NCBI GenBank assembly: GCA_049472335.1
Contig: JBLIRO010000063.1
Span: forward strand, 1 to 29,609
Direction: 5' to 3'
Source: a bacterium
GTDB taxonomy: Bacteria > SZUA-182 > DTGQ01 > JAFGSM01
DNA: 29,609 bases
The translations under genes and the position numbers were made by a program. This document shows, one piece after another, positions 1-9,208 of the stretch. The notes under the pieces were generated by a model. The model was given only the letters and a program-made list of their open reading frames with translations. It was not told where the DNA came from and made no database searches. Each line of letters begins with the position of its first letter. Within the stretch, counting starts at the first letter, position 1.

Positions 1-413
1 AAGACAATATTGAACCCAGAAGTATCGTAAATACTGATGGATGGAGAGGATACAGCTCTGTGGGAGAAAAAGGCTATCAACATATTGTTAGAAAAATTGC
101 AGGAAGTGGCAAAGAAGCTGCGGACCTGTTGCCTAATGTTCATTTGGTAATTTCTCTTGTAAAACGTTGGTTGATGGGAACCTATCAAGGTTCCGTTAGT
201 TCTGAACATCTTCAATATTACCTCGATGAATACGCTTTTCGTTTTAATAGGCGATTATCAACACATAGGGGTAAGCTTTTCTATCGTCTATTGCAACAAG
301 CTGTAATAACCGAAGCTACTCCTCTTAAAGAAATATTTTCAAATAAATCGACGAGTAAAATGCAAACTTTTTAAACACTATATATTGTGTTCACTTGAGT
401 GAAGGGAATACCC
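1..413 (+). mobile_element. Right part of an IS1595-family insertion sequence (truncated by window start)
   Basis: Transposase C-terminus is followed by CACTATATATTGTG...CTTGAGTGAAGGGAATACCC ending at 413, resembling IS1595-family right ends, then AT-rich DNA. The left end is not visible, so the IR cannot be paired. Confidence 0.75.
3..374 (+). CDS. IS1595-family (ISXO2-like) DDE transposase, 5'-partial
   Basis: Frame is open from base 3: DNIEPRSIVNTDGWRGY...LPNVHLVISLVKRWLMGTYQG.VS.EHLQYYLDEYAFRFNRR. TDGWxGY and HLQxYLDExxFRFNRR are IS1595 transposase motifs. Confidence 0.92.
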   Translation, partial: DNIEPRSIVNTDGWRGYSSVGEKGYQHIVRKIAGSGKEAADLLPNVHLVISLVKRWLMGTYQGSVSSEHLQYYLDEYAFRFNRRLSTHRGKLFYRLLQQAVITEATPLKEIFSNKSTSKMQTF

Positions 414-602
414 ACTTAGTATTTTTCATTTTAAAATTTTATAGTATTCTAACAAAATAAATTCTTCTTCTCTATAGGATTATGAAAAGTTAATCGAGGT
501 ATTCCATTAGGGCAGAAGAAATCGGAGGGTAGCAAAGATGTATCCTCCAGACAAAATTAAATCCAGTAATAAAAGGGGCCTTCTTTTAGGTGATCTGATA
601 CC

Positions 603-1154
603 ATGTTATTTCTGCAATTTATTTCATTAATTTTAATGATAATATTTTTTTTGCTTTCAATCGTTGAATATGCAATGCTAAGAAATATGGTTGAGATCTA
701 TTTTAGAAATGGACCGTTTCCAATAAAGAAGATTATTAAAAGCTCGTTATCTACAAAAGATATGATTGTTGAAATAATAAAAAAAAATAGTGGTAACGAA
801 TTATCTTTTAGAGTCTTAGAGGATGGCATAATGCTAAGCCATAGACCATCGATGTTGCTTTTCTTTTCAAAGGGTATTTTCCCTATGCAAAGGATTTTTA
901 TTAGTTTTCCTCAGGATCTTGCAAGTGGTGAATTCCTTTGCGAAATTCGCCCTTTTTATTCAGCATTTTTATTGCCGGTCTTTATCGCATTCTCTTTAAT
1001 TTTCAATTTTATCTTCCAAAATCAATATTTAAATACCTCTGCAAAATTATTTGAATTTATCGTAGTTTTATTTGTGGCCCTGGGAATATTCTTCCCATTT
1101 CGTCCAATACCCAATTACATTAATCGCCTGCAAAGTTTTTTTGAAAATCCTTAA
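603..1154 (+). CDS. Hypothetical membrane protein (about 3 TM segments), paralog 1
   Basis: 183-aa ORF with AGGTGA RBS-like sequence upstream, a hydrophobic N-terminal helix and two C-terminal hydrophobic segments. Clearly homologous to 1646..2218. Confidence 0.85.
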   Translation: MLFLQFISLILMIIFFLLSIVEYAMLRNMVEIYFRNGPFPIKKIIKSSLSTKDMIVEIIKKNSGNELSFRVLEDGIMLSHRPSMLLFFSKGIFPMQRIFISFPQDLASGEFLCEIRPFYSAFLLPVFIAFSLIFNFIFQNQYLNTSAKLFEFIVVLFVALGIFFPFRPIPNYINRLQSFFENP

Positions 1155-1231
1155 CATGCATGGACAAACAAAAGAGATATTTAAAATAAAAAAATAATTG
1201 TCGTCGGTCAAATAAACCTTAAAACAAGGTT

Positions 1232-1353
1232 GATGGCCTAGTAAAAAAGTCTAAGATGTTATGGAAAATAGGCTTTTTATTACAAATTTATTATACATTT
1301 TAACAATATATTGGTGCTTTTTTGGCATCAAAATTACTTTTTACGAAAACATC
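1232..1353. mobile_element. MITE-like element, 122 bp, with 6-bp flanking direct repeat
   Basis: Imperfect terminal IRs GATGGCCTAGTAAAAAAGT (from 1232) and ACTTTTTACGAAAACATC (to 1353). AAGGTT lies immediately on both sides (1226-1231, 1354-1359). No ORF. Confidence 0.7.
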
Positions 1354-1388
1354 AAGGTTATTCAAAAAAATTAGTTCTGATTCCATAA

Positions 1389-1531
1389 TAAACTGAACAA
1401 TGTTTATTTGAAGCGCATGAAAATATTTCGTATTCCCCGATTAGTGTTCATATGTCTTGTCTTGAATGCCGTCACTTTCACGATTTTTATTTTCAGATAC
1501 GGCAAGCAGAATACTTGAGTTGTTCAGTTTA
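1389..1531. repeat. Perfect 12-bp inverted repeat bounding 143 bp; possible second MITE
   Basis: TAAACTGAACAA (1389-1400) and TTGTTCAGTTTA (1520-1531) are exact reverse complements. Both outer ends are TA. Confidence 0.5.
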
Positions 1532-1645
1532 AAAAAATTTATTGAACTACAAAAGATATAATCAAAATTAAATATTTTTGTTATAGCCATAATCTTAGAG
1601 TCTTAGCATATTATAACATGTTAATTCAATATATAAGGATATGAA

Positions 1646-2218
1646 ATGTTTTTTTTAGAAATTACCTCTTTTTCCCTTCTAATAGTATCTTTTATTTTTT
1701 CAATAATAGAATATGTATTCTTAAAAAAAATGGTTTCTTTCTATTATAAAAATGGACCTTTCACTAAAAAAGCAACCTTTAAATCCATGCCAGAAAAGAA
1801 AATACTTATTGAAAAGTTAAATTCAGAAAAACTTAAAAGAATATTCTCTTTTAAGGTATTAGATGACAGCATGCTTATATCCTTTAGACCATCAACTGTG
1901 CTTTGGTTTTTAAAAAAAGAGTTTCTTACCCAACGAATTATTATTAACTTTCCTAAGGGGGATTCACATTCTGTCATTGAGTGTGAAATCCGCCCTTATT
2001 ATTCGGTATTTTTATTGCCCATTTCCATTGTTTTATTTATGATTTTTAATATTATCCTTCCAAACCAATATTCTGGAATTTCAATGAAAATAGTTGGTTC
2101 AATCATTGCGTGTTTTATTGGTTTGGCATTATTTTTTCCATTTAGACCAAGAACTGATTCTCTTAATCGCATAAAAAATTATCTTTCATATTCTGAAATA
2201 AAAAATAATGAAAAATAA
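1646..2218 (+). CDS. Hypothetical membrane protein (about 3 TM segments), paralog 2
   Basis: 190-aa ORF with AAGGA RBS. Shares NGPF, QRI.I.FP, CEIRP(F/Y)YS.FLLP, NQY and FFPFRP with 603..1154. Confidence 0.85.
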   Translation: MFFLEITSFSLLIVSFIFSIIEYVFLKKMVSFYYKNGPFTKKATFKSMPEKKILIEKLNSEKLKRIFSFKVLDDSMLISFRPSTVLWFLKKEFLTQRIIINFPKGDSHSVIECEIRPYYSVFLLPISIVLFMIFNIILPNQYSGISMKIVGSIIACFIGLALFFPFRPRTDSLNRIKNYLSYSEIKNNEK

Positions 2219-2396
2219 TAGAAGAATAAAATTGAATGGATGACAGTAAAGGATTGGTTCATTCAGTAAGTATTTTATGTTTGAAGGTAAGTTTGAGGAA
2301 TTTATGATGGACAGAAACGTTTTATAATCTGGCTGTATATATTCTTTGCATTCACAATATAAATTATAGGTGTATAATCCACAATTGAGGTATGAG

Positions 2397-2424
2397 TGTC
2401 AATGGTCGTTTAAAATTGAGCCAC
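2397..2424. mobile_element. IS21-family terminal inverted repeat (right end of remnant)
   Basis: TGTCAATGGTCGTTTAAAATTGAGCCAC begins with TG and resembles IS21-family IRs. It lies just downstream of the istB fragment. Confidence 0.7.
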
Positions 2425-2448
2425 CCCCTTTTAGATTTTGAAGATCGT

Positions 2449-2670
2449 TCATATCCTCCTTTTTACTTTTCCTTTAAGGCGATAGCTATTACCTTTGATA
2501 TTAATAACAACACTATGGTGCAATAGCCGGTCTAATATAGCTGTAACAATGATCGGATCATGGAACATCTTAACCCAATCTGAAAAAGCCTTATTCGAGG
2601 TTATGATTGTGCTGGCTTTCTCATATCGCCGCCTAATGCCATACACAAGATTTGACAATAACTCATGCAT
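2449..2670 (-). pseudogene. istB: IS21-family helper ATPase IstB, C-terminal fragment only
   Basis: RRYEKASTIITSNKAFSDW..MF.DP....AILDRLLHHS.VINIKGNSYRLK is the IstB C-terminus. Walker A/B and istA are absent. The 5' boundary is approximate. Confidence 0.88.
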
Positions 2671-2770
2671 TTGAAATCTATTACGACTTGCTGTGAAGCT
2701 TCTTCGGTGTCTCATGACGATTTCAAATGCAGGACCTGGGTTTAACGAGATATTTGATTAGGAATGAATG

Positions 2771-3477
2771 TCATTTCTGGTCCGTATCCCAATTTGATGC
2801 CCAAAATGACTTCAGTAAAGAATTTTTTAAAAAATTTTCATTGGCAATATCAAAAAATGGTTTATAACAGAGCTTTTGACTATCGGTGACCAAGGCTATC
2901 CAAGCGTCCTGTTTTTTTAATTCGTTCCATTTTTCTGGATAAAAATTTGCAATTAACATTTCAGATATCAGAATTATGTCCATGGGCGGATGAAGCCATC
3001 TAGGTTCCCTTAATTTTAGAAAGCCAGTTTCGCTTGTTTTTTCACTACTTTTTCCTCCAAACTGGAGATGAAAAATTGGACCTTCTTGATATCTCCCTTG
3101 GTCATTGCAGGTCGCAAGATCTATATGGCTGCGATGAACTAAATGCCTGTTTGATTCATCTATTATTTCTAAGGTTAGTTTTAATGTCTTTAAAGGGAAT
3201 CCTTTTTGATCTATAAGCGCTTCATCCACCTCTATATCAATAAAAACCTTTGGATAAATATGCGTGTTTAGTCGAGTGTTCGGCACTGAAATCAGAATCA
3301 GAGGCTTAGATTGTTCAATACTATAACGCCAGGTTTTGTTTGATCCAAAAGCTTTTAATTTCGATGCAGTATCAATAACTCCGTTTGATTGACTAGAATC
3401 GATCAGGGAAAGGTTAAAAGTTGCTGATGAAGATAACGTAAGCCAGAGGCCATTTCCTGAGCTGTAGGAATGCACAT
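2771..3477 (-). CDS. Hypothetical protein, last gene of the MTase/GHKL-HK/REC operon; probably frameshifted near the 5' end
   Basis: Long ORF 3475..2771 with motifs HIDL, GPIFHLQFGG and PRWLHPPMD. An ATG at 3477, 1 nt after the upstream TAA, opens MCIPTAQEMASGLRYLHQQLLTFP* (stop 3405-3403) in another frame, suggesting a 1-nt deletion near 3410-3420. Confidence 0.75.
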
Positions 3478-3478
3478 A

Positions 3479-4597
3479 TTAGCTGAACACTATTTTCCCG
3501 TTTTTAATTTTATTAGCAATAAATTCATCAGAATCATCCACTAATAATCCTTTACTTTCATATTCACCAGTTTGGATGCAGCGCCAGCAAATACGGTTCT
3601 TGCCTATAATCGGGTGAGAAACTGGATCATAGGCAGACACTGAATATTCAACTTCAGTCGGATTTCTGCATGAACTACATGCGAAAGAGACATAGGTGTT
3701 GCTATTTTGGGCCCAACGGGAAACGGCTGGTTTAAATTTTAATCCTATACAGTCGCTTATTTTTTCAATCCGTTCAACGGCGGTCAGATTGCCCAGTTGA
3801 GAAGAACATCGCTTCTCAAAAAATTGTTTTACCCGATTGGCCCACCATCTTTTAAATCCTTTTCCGAAAATACCGCAATATTCAGTATCATAAGCCATGA
3901 TTTTTATAAGCTCTTTAAATTGCTCCAAACCTTTTTCATCAGGATGAACCCCTAGAAGGGAGATTAGGTTGTCTATATCCAGTAAAAGCCAGGAACGTTC
4001 AATAAAGGTTTTGAAAATTTTTATTGAAACCAGATGTGGAGCCTTCAGTTTATTTATTTTACTGAAGAAGTGTGAATCTATGAATCCAACTTCCTCTTCG
4101 TTTATCTGTAATAATTTGTCCAGCCTTTTTTCAATATTAAAACAATCAATAATCTTCTTATATGCCTCTATAAATGAGATCATTTGTTTGATTGCTTCTT
4201 TTGGATGGTCAATAAAAAAGGTTTTAGGAAGAATTTGATCGAAGAGATCATGGGCTGTTTTATCCGGCTCATATAAATTTCTAATATTATCTTCAACAGA
4301 TACGGCAAAAATGGGCAAATCATTCTTATAGTTGTCAATGGCCAAATCACGAAACTGTTGAGCAACAGGACCAGCTTTGTATTCTGCTATTTTGTTATCT
4401 TCCACAGGCTTTTCATCCAATCGATAATCTAACAAGAGCAGTTCAGGAAACATTTTGGAAATCTTTTTTTGAGTCTCACCAATTGATGCTTCCGGAATAT
4501 ACTTGAAAAATTTAAGAGTATCTCCTGCTTCTCTTTCTACATGACTTAAAATTTTGAACTCGTCTTCTCTGTCATCTACAAATATAACATTATACAT
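3479..4597 (-). CDS. Response-regulator receiver protein with uncharacterised C-terminal region and a putative Zn ribbon
   Basis: N-terminal VIFVDD and LLLLDYRLD (acidic pocket and phosphoacceptor Asp). C-terminal CSSC...CWRC. AGGTG RBS overlaps the upstream stop codon. Confidence 0.8.
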   Translation of the reverse strand: MYNVIFVDDREDEFKILSHVEREAGDTLKFFKYIPEASIGETQKKISKMFPELLLLDYRLDEKPVEDNKIAEYKAGPVAQQFRDLAIDNYKNDLPIFAVSVEDNIRNLYEPDKTAHDLFDQILPKTFFIDHPKEAIKQMISFIEAYKKIIDCFNIEKRLDKLLQINEEEVGFIDSHFFSKINKLKAPHLVSIKIFKTFIERSWLLLDIDNLISLLGVHPDEKGLEQFKELIKIMAYDTEYCGIFGKGFKRWWANRVKQFFEKRCSSQLGNLTAVERIEKISDCIGLKFKPAVSRWAQNSNTYVSFACSSCRNPTEVEYSVSAYDPVSHPIIGKNRICWRCIQTGEYESKGLLVDDSDEFIANKIKNGKIVFS

Positions 4598-4605
4598 ATT
4601 GGCAC

Positions 4606-6876
4606 CTAACTTTGGCCTTTAGCTATGGGCACTGCAAAATTAAAGCGACATTTATAATCCTGTTCCGGCTTTGAGCACTCGACATATCCCCCATTTGATT
4701 CAGCAATGTCCCTGACAATTTTTAATCCAAGACCGGTTCCGGGACCGGCTATTTCATCACCCCTAAACTGTGTTGTTGTATAAAATGCATCGAAAATTTT
4801 ATCTCTGGCATCTTCAGGTATACCTGTTCCTGTATCCTGGAATGAAATGACAGAAAAACTATCACGTCTAAATGCGGAAATTTTGATTTTTCTCAACTCC
4901 GCTTTAGCCCTTTGGATGGCCTTTACCGCATTGGTCATGAAATTAAACAGGACCGAATCGATTTCACTCCTATGCATTTTATGGGTTCTCAAAAAAGGTG
5001 GGTCAATATCTATCTCAAAGGAAATACCTCGAACATTGAGGTATTCGTTAAATTGTTGAACAAAGGAATTTATGACTGCGTGGAGCGGGATATTTGTTTT
5101 TTCTCTTGTGGAGGAATGACTTATTAACTCCGTTATATAATTAGAAAGATCAAACAATCTATCGCTCACACTATTAATTTCAGTTAGCGAATCTTTGCCA
5201 ATCTTATCCAGATCTATTGTGGATATGAAATCTTTTAATGAAGATTTAAAGCTTGTCAGTGCCCCTTTGACTTCGTGGCTGAATACAGAAATCGATATAC
5301 CAAGAGATGCAAGTATCCGCAGCATTGTTTCATATTGAACAAACTCAATTTCCCGAATTTCAACCCTCTCTTCAAAGGCAATAAACTCTTGTTTGAGGTC
5401 CTCAAGCCTTTGAATTGCTCTAAAAATTTGCGGATCTTTTGCATTACCATGACCTGCTTTTATTTTATCTGCAACTTCCTTAATAACTTCCTGAATCAAT
5501 TGAGAAGGTTTTTTAAATTCAGAAACAAAATCCTTCTGACTCGCTTTTTGTTTCCTTTTTCTAAAAGCCGCTATTCTAAGGACAGCCCATTCTATGCCGG
5601 TCCGGACAAAGTTCTGTAATTCCTCGTATGCTTCATTTTCAACAAGACCTTCTCTACCGCTTGTTTCCTCAATCAGAATATTTTCCTTACTTGTCGTTTC
5701 AACAAATCCAAAAAAATTGAAATTATTTGCAGGAACCAACAAACTGCGGCGGGCGGTATCACGCGCTAGCTTCAACCAGTCATCCCTGGATTCCCCATAC
5801 GGCAGTACCCTGAATCCATTTCGGTAAATTCGTATACCTCCATATTTTTCGCCCATTTGCTCGGCCTGCCGTTTTGAGAAGCCAGAAATGATATCAGATG
5901 AATATATAAAATAACTAGCTTCAAAAATTAACGGCCCTGTAAGGAGATATGCATTATCTGCTTTGGTGGAATCATTAAAATTCAGTTTTTCTGATGCAAC
6001 TTTATACTCCCCCATGCCTTTTTCATCGATAGTCCCTGTTATCACCGCAAGTCTTTGGTCTAAAAAATTTTTATCAATCGAGACTTCTTTTGCAACATCA
6101 TTGCCGCTCTTTCTATTGATATAAACCTTAAAACCGGGATCTGCGGCTTCCTCTCTATCAGTACGCTCTTTTGTTGGTACAATTCTAAATGGGGGCTGCA
6201 GCAAGAGGACTGATTTCCATACCCGCTCAAAGAGCGTTTCTGTCCATTTATCTCTTAAATCATTAATGTAAAGTGTCGTACCTGATTTGTCCGTTTCTTT
6301 TGGATATTTTTGTATTTTATGGGCAATTAATGAGATGTCACGACCGGGTTTAAAATCATCATCCCAATTAAAATGAACCTTAAGTCCTTCATTGCATTCT
6401 TCAACACATGTTTCTAAAATCAGCTCTTTTCCGAGCCTTTCGACAGCAAAGCGGCCTATTCCCTTTCTTCCGGCTCGTGGTCTTTTAAATCTTGGAGAAA
6501 AAGGATTATTTTCCTTATCATCAGTTGAGATGCGCATCCAGTTTTGTCGAATCTGGTCTGCTGTCATCCCATGGCCATCATCTTGAATAACCAACCTGCC
6601 ACCAGGTTCTGTATATTTCTTGAATTCAATCCTAACTTCAGTTGCATCTGCATCATAGGCATTTTTTATCAGTTCTGATAGAGCTGTTTCCTGTTTTCCA
6701 ACCAGCTCATAACCAAGCCTATGAATATGTTTCGCATCGATAGAGAACCTGACCGAATCTTGATCCTGCTCAAGGAGTTTATGACTTAATACCGCAATTT
6801 CCTAAAAATTTATATCAGGCTTGTCTAATTCTGATAATAGCTTAGACTTGAGATTTATAATTTTATCGTCAGGCAT
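4606..6876 (-). pseudogene. GHKL (MORC/HSP90-like) ATPase fused to a histidine kinase, interrupted by an in-frame TAG at codon 25
   Basis: ATG 6876 overlaps the MTase 3' end. MPDDK...DINF-TAG(6804-6802)-EIAVL...RFSIDA...ELIKNAYDADA continues in frame into ORF 6594..4606. GHKL motifs: ELIKNAYDA, QDDGHGM, GRKGIGRFA, GTT. Kinase motifs: H-box FSHEVK, N-box NFMTNAVKA, DTGTGIP, IFDAFYTT, GTGLGL. Confidence 0.85.
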
Positions 6877-8551
6877 TTCTTTTTTTACCCTGTCTTCTGA
6901 ACCGACATTCGGATAACGCCGATGATAATTTAATAAAAAAATGAGTCCCAAGTTTCTTTTCAAGTCCATTAAAAATAAAAGCATCAGCAGTCTTCTGAGC
7001 ACTCTCAGAGTCACCCTTCCTAAGATACTTATCAATTAAATTAAAGACTTTTGTTATTTCTTTTCTTTCATTATTATCAGGAACATAGATCTTTATTTTT
7101 TTTGCCTCCGAGGGTTCATGTTTAAGTACACCAGACCCATAACTTCTGCCTTCAATTTCAGCAGAAAGCTGGCTAAATGTCGTTAACATCGAAATTGCAA
7201 TTAGTTTTTGCATGTATTTATTGATACCCGGTTTAAAATAAACTCTATGAATAGTATTGGTACTGGTTATCTTTAATCTATTTAATACTATTTTGGGACC
7301 ATAATTTTGCATATATGGGAAAAAAGCATCCGGGATCTTACCGTCATCCGGTTGATGCCAGATCGCCCGCTTTTTAAATGTACGGTTTCTTTCTTTTTCG
7401 TCTTTTGGAAATCCTACAAGGTACTTATAAACGCTTCCACCTTTTCGCATATGTTTTGTATAAATCAAAAGGCAAGGCAGGTTGTTATGCCGCGCTTTTT
7501 CAATATCATTACTATCTAAGCATAATCCTTTGCATAAAAAAAATTTTGGCAAAATAGGTTTTATAGCGCTTTTAGGAAATTTATGAACCCGGGCTGTTTC
7601 TTGATTAATGATAAAAAATGAATTTGCCCCTGTAACTATACCAATTTTAATATCTATGAACTTACTGAGATCATGGCAATTTATGCTTTCAATGATTTTT
7701 GTGTAAATCTCACATTCGTCATCCTGCATTAATAAGATTTCTGTCTTGTCAGCAAGTTGCTTCCCCTTCCATCCATTTGAATTCCACGAGGTAATCAATC
7801 CTTGGAGGTCATTGAGATTTTTGGCGAATCCTATTTCAAAAGTTGTATTTGAGTGGTTGCCCAGAAATCCATCGCATAGTAGTATAACTGTGCTTTCATC
7901 ACTTCCCTTGGATAAAAATATTCTTTCACCAAGAGGTATAGCGATTACCCTTTCAAATCTCTTTTCGACCTCTTCTCTGACATTAGTTGAGTATTTTGCA
8001 AATAAAAAACTACCCGGAAGGACCCAAGCCATTCGTCCCCCGGTCTTTAAAAAATTAAAGCTATGGAGGATAAAATAAGCCCATAAACTAGCCCTGTTTG
8101 GCATTGAGAAACCTGAATTTTTCATAGTCACCTTAGCATCATTTTTCTGACTTTCAGACATGTTATGATGAGATATATATGGTGGATTCCCGATCACGAC
8201 GTCAAATCTTTGATTTGAAAAATTCTGCGGTGTTAATGAAAGAAAGTCTTTTTTAAGAAAGTTTCCGTTTTTTTTATTAATACCTAGTTTTTCATAAAGA
8301 TGGGTGAACGCCATTTCATCAATATCAGCTCCAAATATATTCTAGTTTGGTGTTTTTGCACCAAGAAGCTCCAAACGAAATTTAGCTTGTTCAAGAAAGT
8401 CACAACCTCCAAAACTGGGTTCAAGAATTCGATCCTCCGAAGACCGAATTGCCCAGCCACATAAAATGAGGCTGGCCTCAGAAGGCGTGTAGAATGCCCC
8501 GATCTTTTTTTTGTCATCATAAGTGGGAAAGGATGACTTAGTATCAAGCAT
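6869..8551 (-). pseudogene. N6-adenine DNA methyltransferase (M.Eco57I-like, gamma-type motif order), interrupted by an in-frame TAG at codon 70
   Basis: GAGGT RBS and ATG 8551. GAFYTP and ILEPSFGGCDFL (motifs X/I) are followed by KTPN-TAG(8344-8342)-NIFGADIDEM, in frame with ORF 8314..6869. That ORF has FDVVIGNPPY (motif IV), GIVTGANSFF and EIEGRSYGSGVLKHEPSE. Confidence 0.88.
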
Positions 8552-8778
8552 TTTAAACCTCTAGGCTTTTAAATATTGATAAATATGTTGTGGAGATACG
8601 AAAAGCAAGCTGCTATTTTACCTTTGAAATAATTTATAACATAATTGTTCTATCCTTGATGTTCCCACTCCTTAAATTTTTATTTTAATAAAAACTGATG
8701 CAATCGTAAAGAGTCTAAAACGCTATAAATGATAATTTTAGCAAATCAACAAAAAAGTGTAACGAAGTATTGCAGTTA

Positions 8779-8837
8779 TGTCAAACCTAAATCAAAACCT
8801 TTGTCAAAACCTTAATCAAAACCCTAATCACAAACTA
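8779..8837 (+). repeat. Five imperfect tandem ~12-bp repeats (core TCAAAACC)
   Basis: Units start at 8781, 8792, 8804, 8816 and 8828: TGTCAAACCTAAATCAAAACCTTTGTCAAAACCTTAATCAAAACCCTAATCACAAACTA. Confidence 0.7.
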
Positions 8838-9208
8838 ATAACATAACCAGGAGCCCCATTGATCATTCACCCTTCGATTGGCCGAACGATCATCGAGGCC
8901 CGCCCGACATCGCTGATTTTGAAACTGTTGGAAAGCCATAAATCGGCATAGCAGGCAGTTACAAATATATAGTCTTTGAGTCCGATACCACGACAAAATA
9001 GACAAACCCGACAGAAGACCGGTCATCTAACAAAACAAGCTCCTCCATCTTTTATTTTGAAGGAAATGGAATCTTAGAAGCAGTTTATTGTGATGAAAGA
9101 TATATCCTTTGAGCCATCTTACATAAGTATATCGGGAGGCACTTAGGGGCACTATTTTAAAAATATATGGAAATCCAAATAAAAATCCCTACGATTTAAT
9201 TTCTTAAA

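Noticed and set aside
571..587. Hairpin AAAAGGGG-CC-TTCTTTT as a terminator
   Set aside because: Loop too short and stem weak; it sits directly before an RBS.
6802..7035. 77-aa ORF as a separate gene
   Set aside because: Only its last 24 codons (from ATG 6876) appear real; they are the N-terminus of the TAG-interrupted kinase. The rest overlaps the MTase out of frame.
8284..8547. 87-aa ORF suggesting a frameshifted MTase
   Set aside because: The two MTase parts are in the same frame, separated only by TAG. This ORF is an off-frame shadow.
2771..8551. Genome-wide TAG recoding (alternative genetic code)
   Set aside because: TAG terminates ppdK, glyS, rsmD, fliA, the single-domain receiver and the kinase at their expected ends.
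8779..8837. CRISPR array
   Set aside because: Units are about 12 bp and contiguous, with no spacers and no cas genes.
8835..9026. 63-aa minus-strand ORF in a slightly GC-richer patch
   Set aside because: No recognisable motif in the frames I read. It may be a gene relic, but I cannot support a call.
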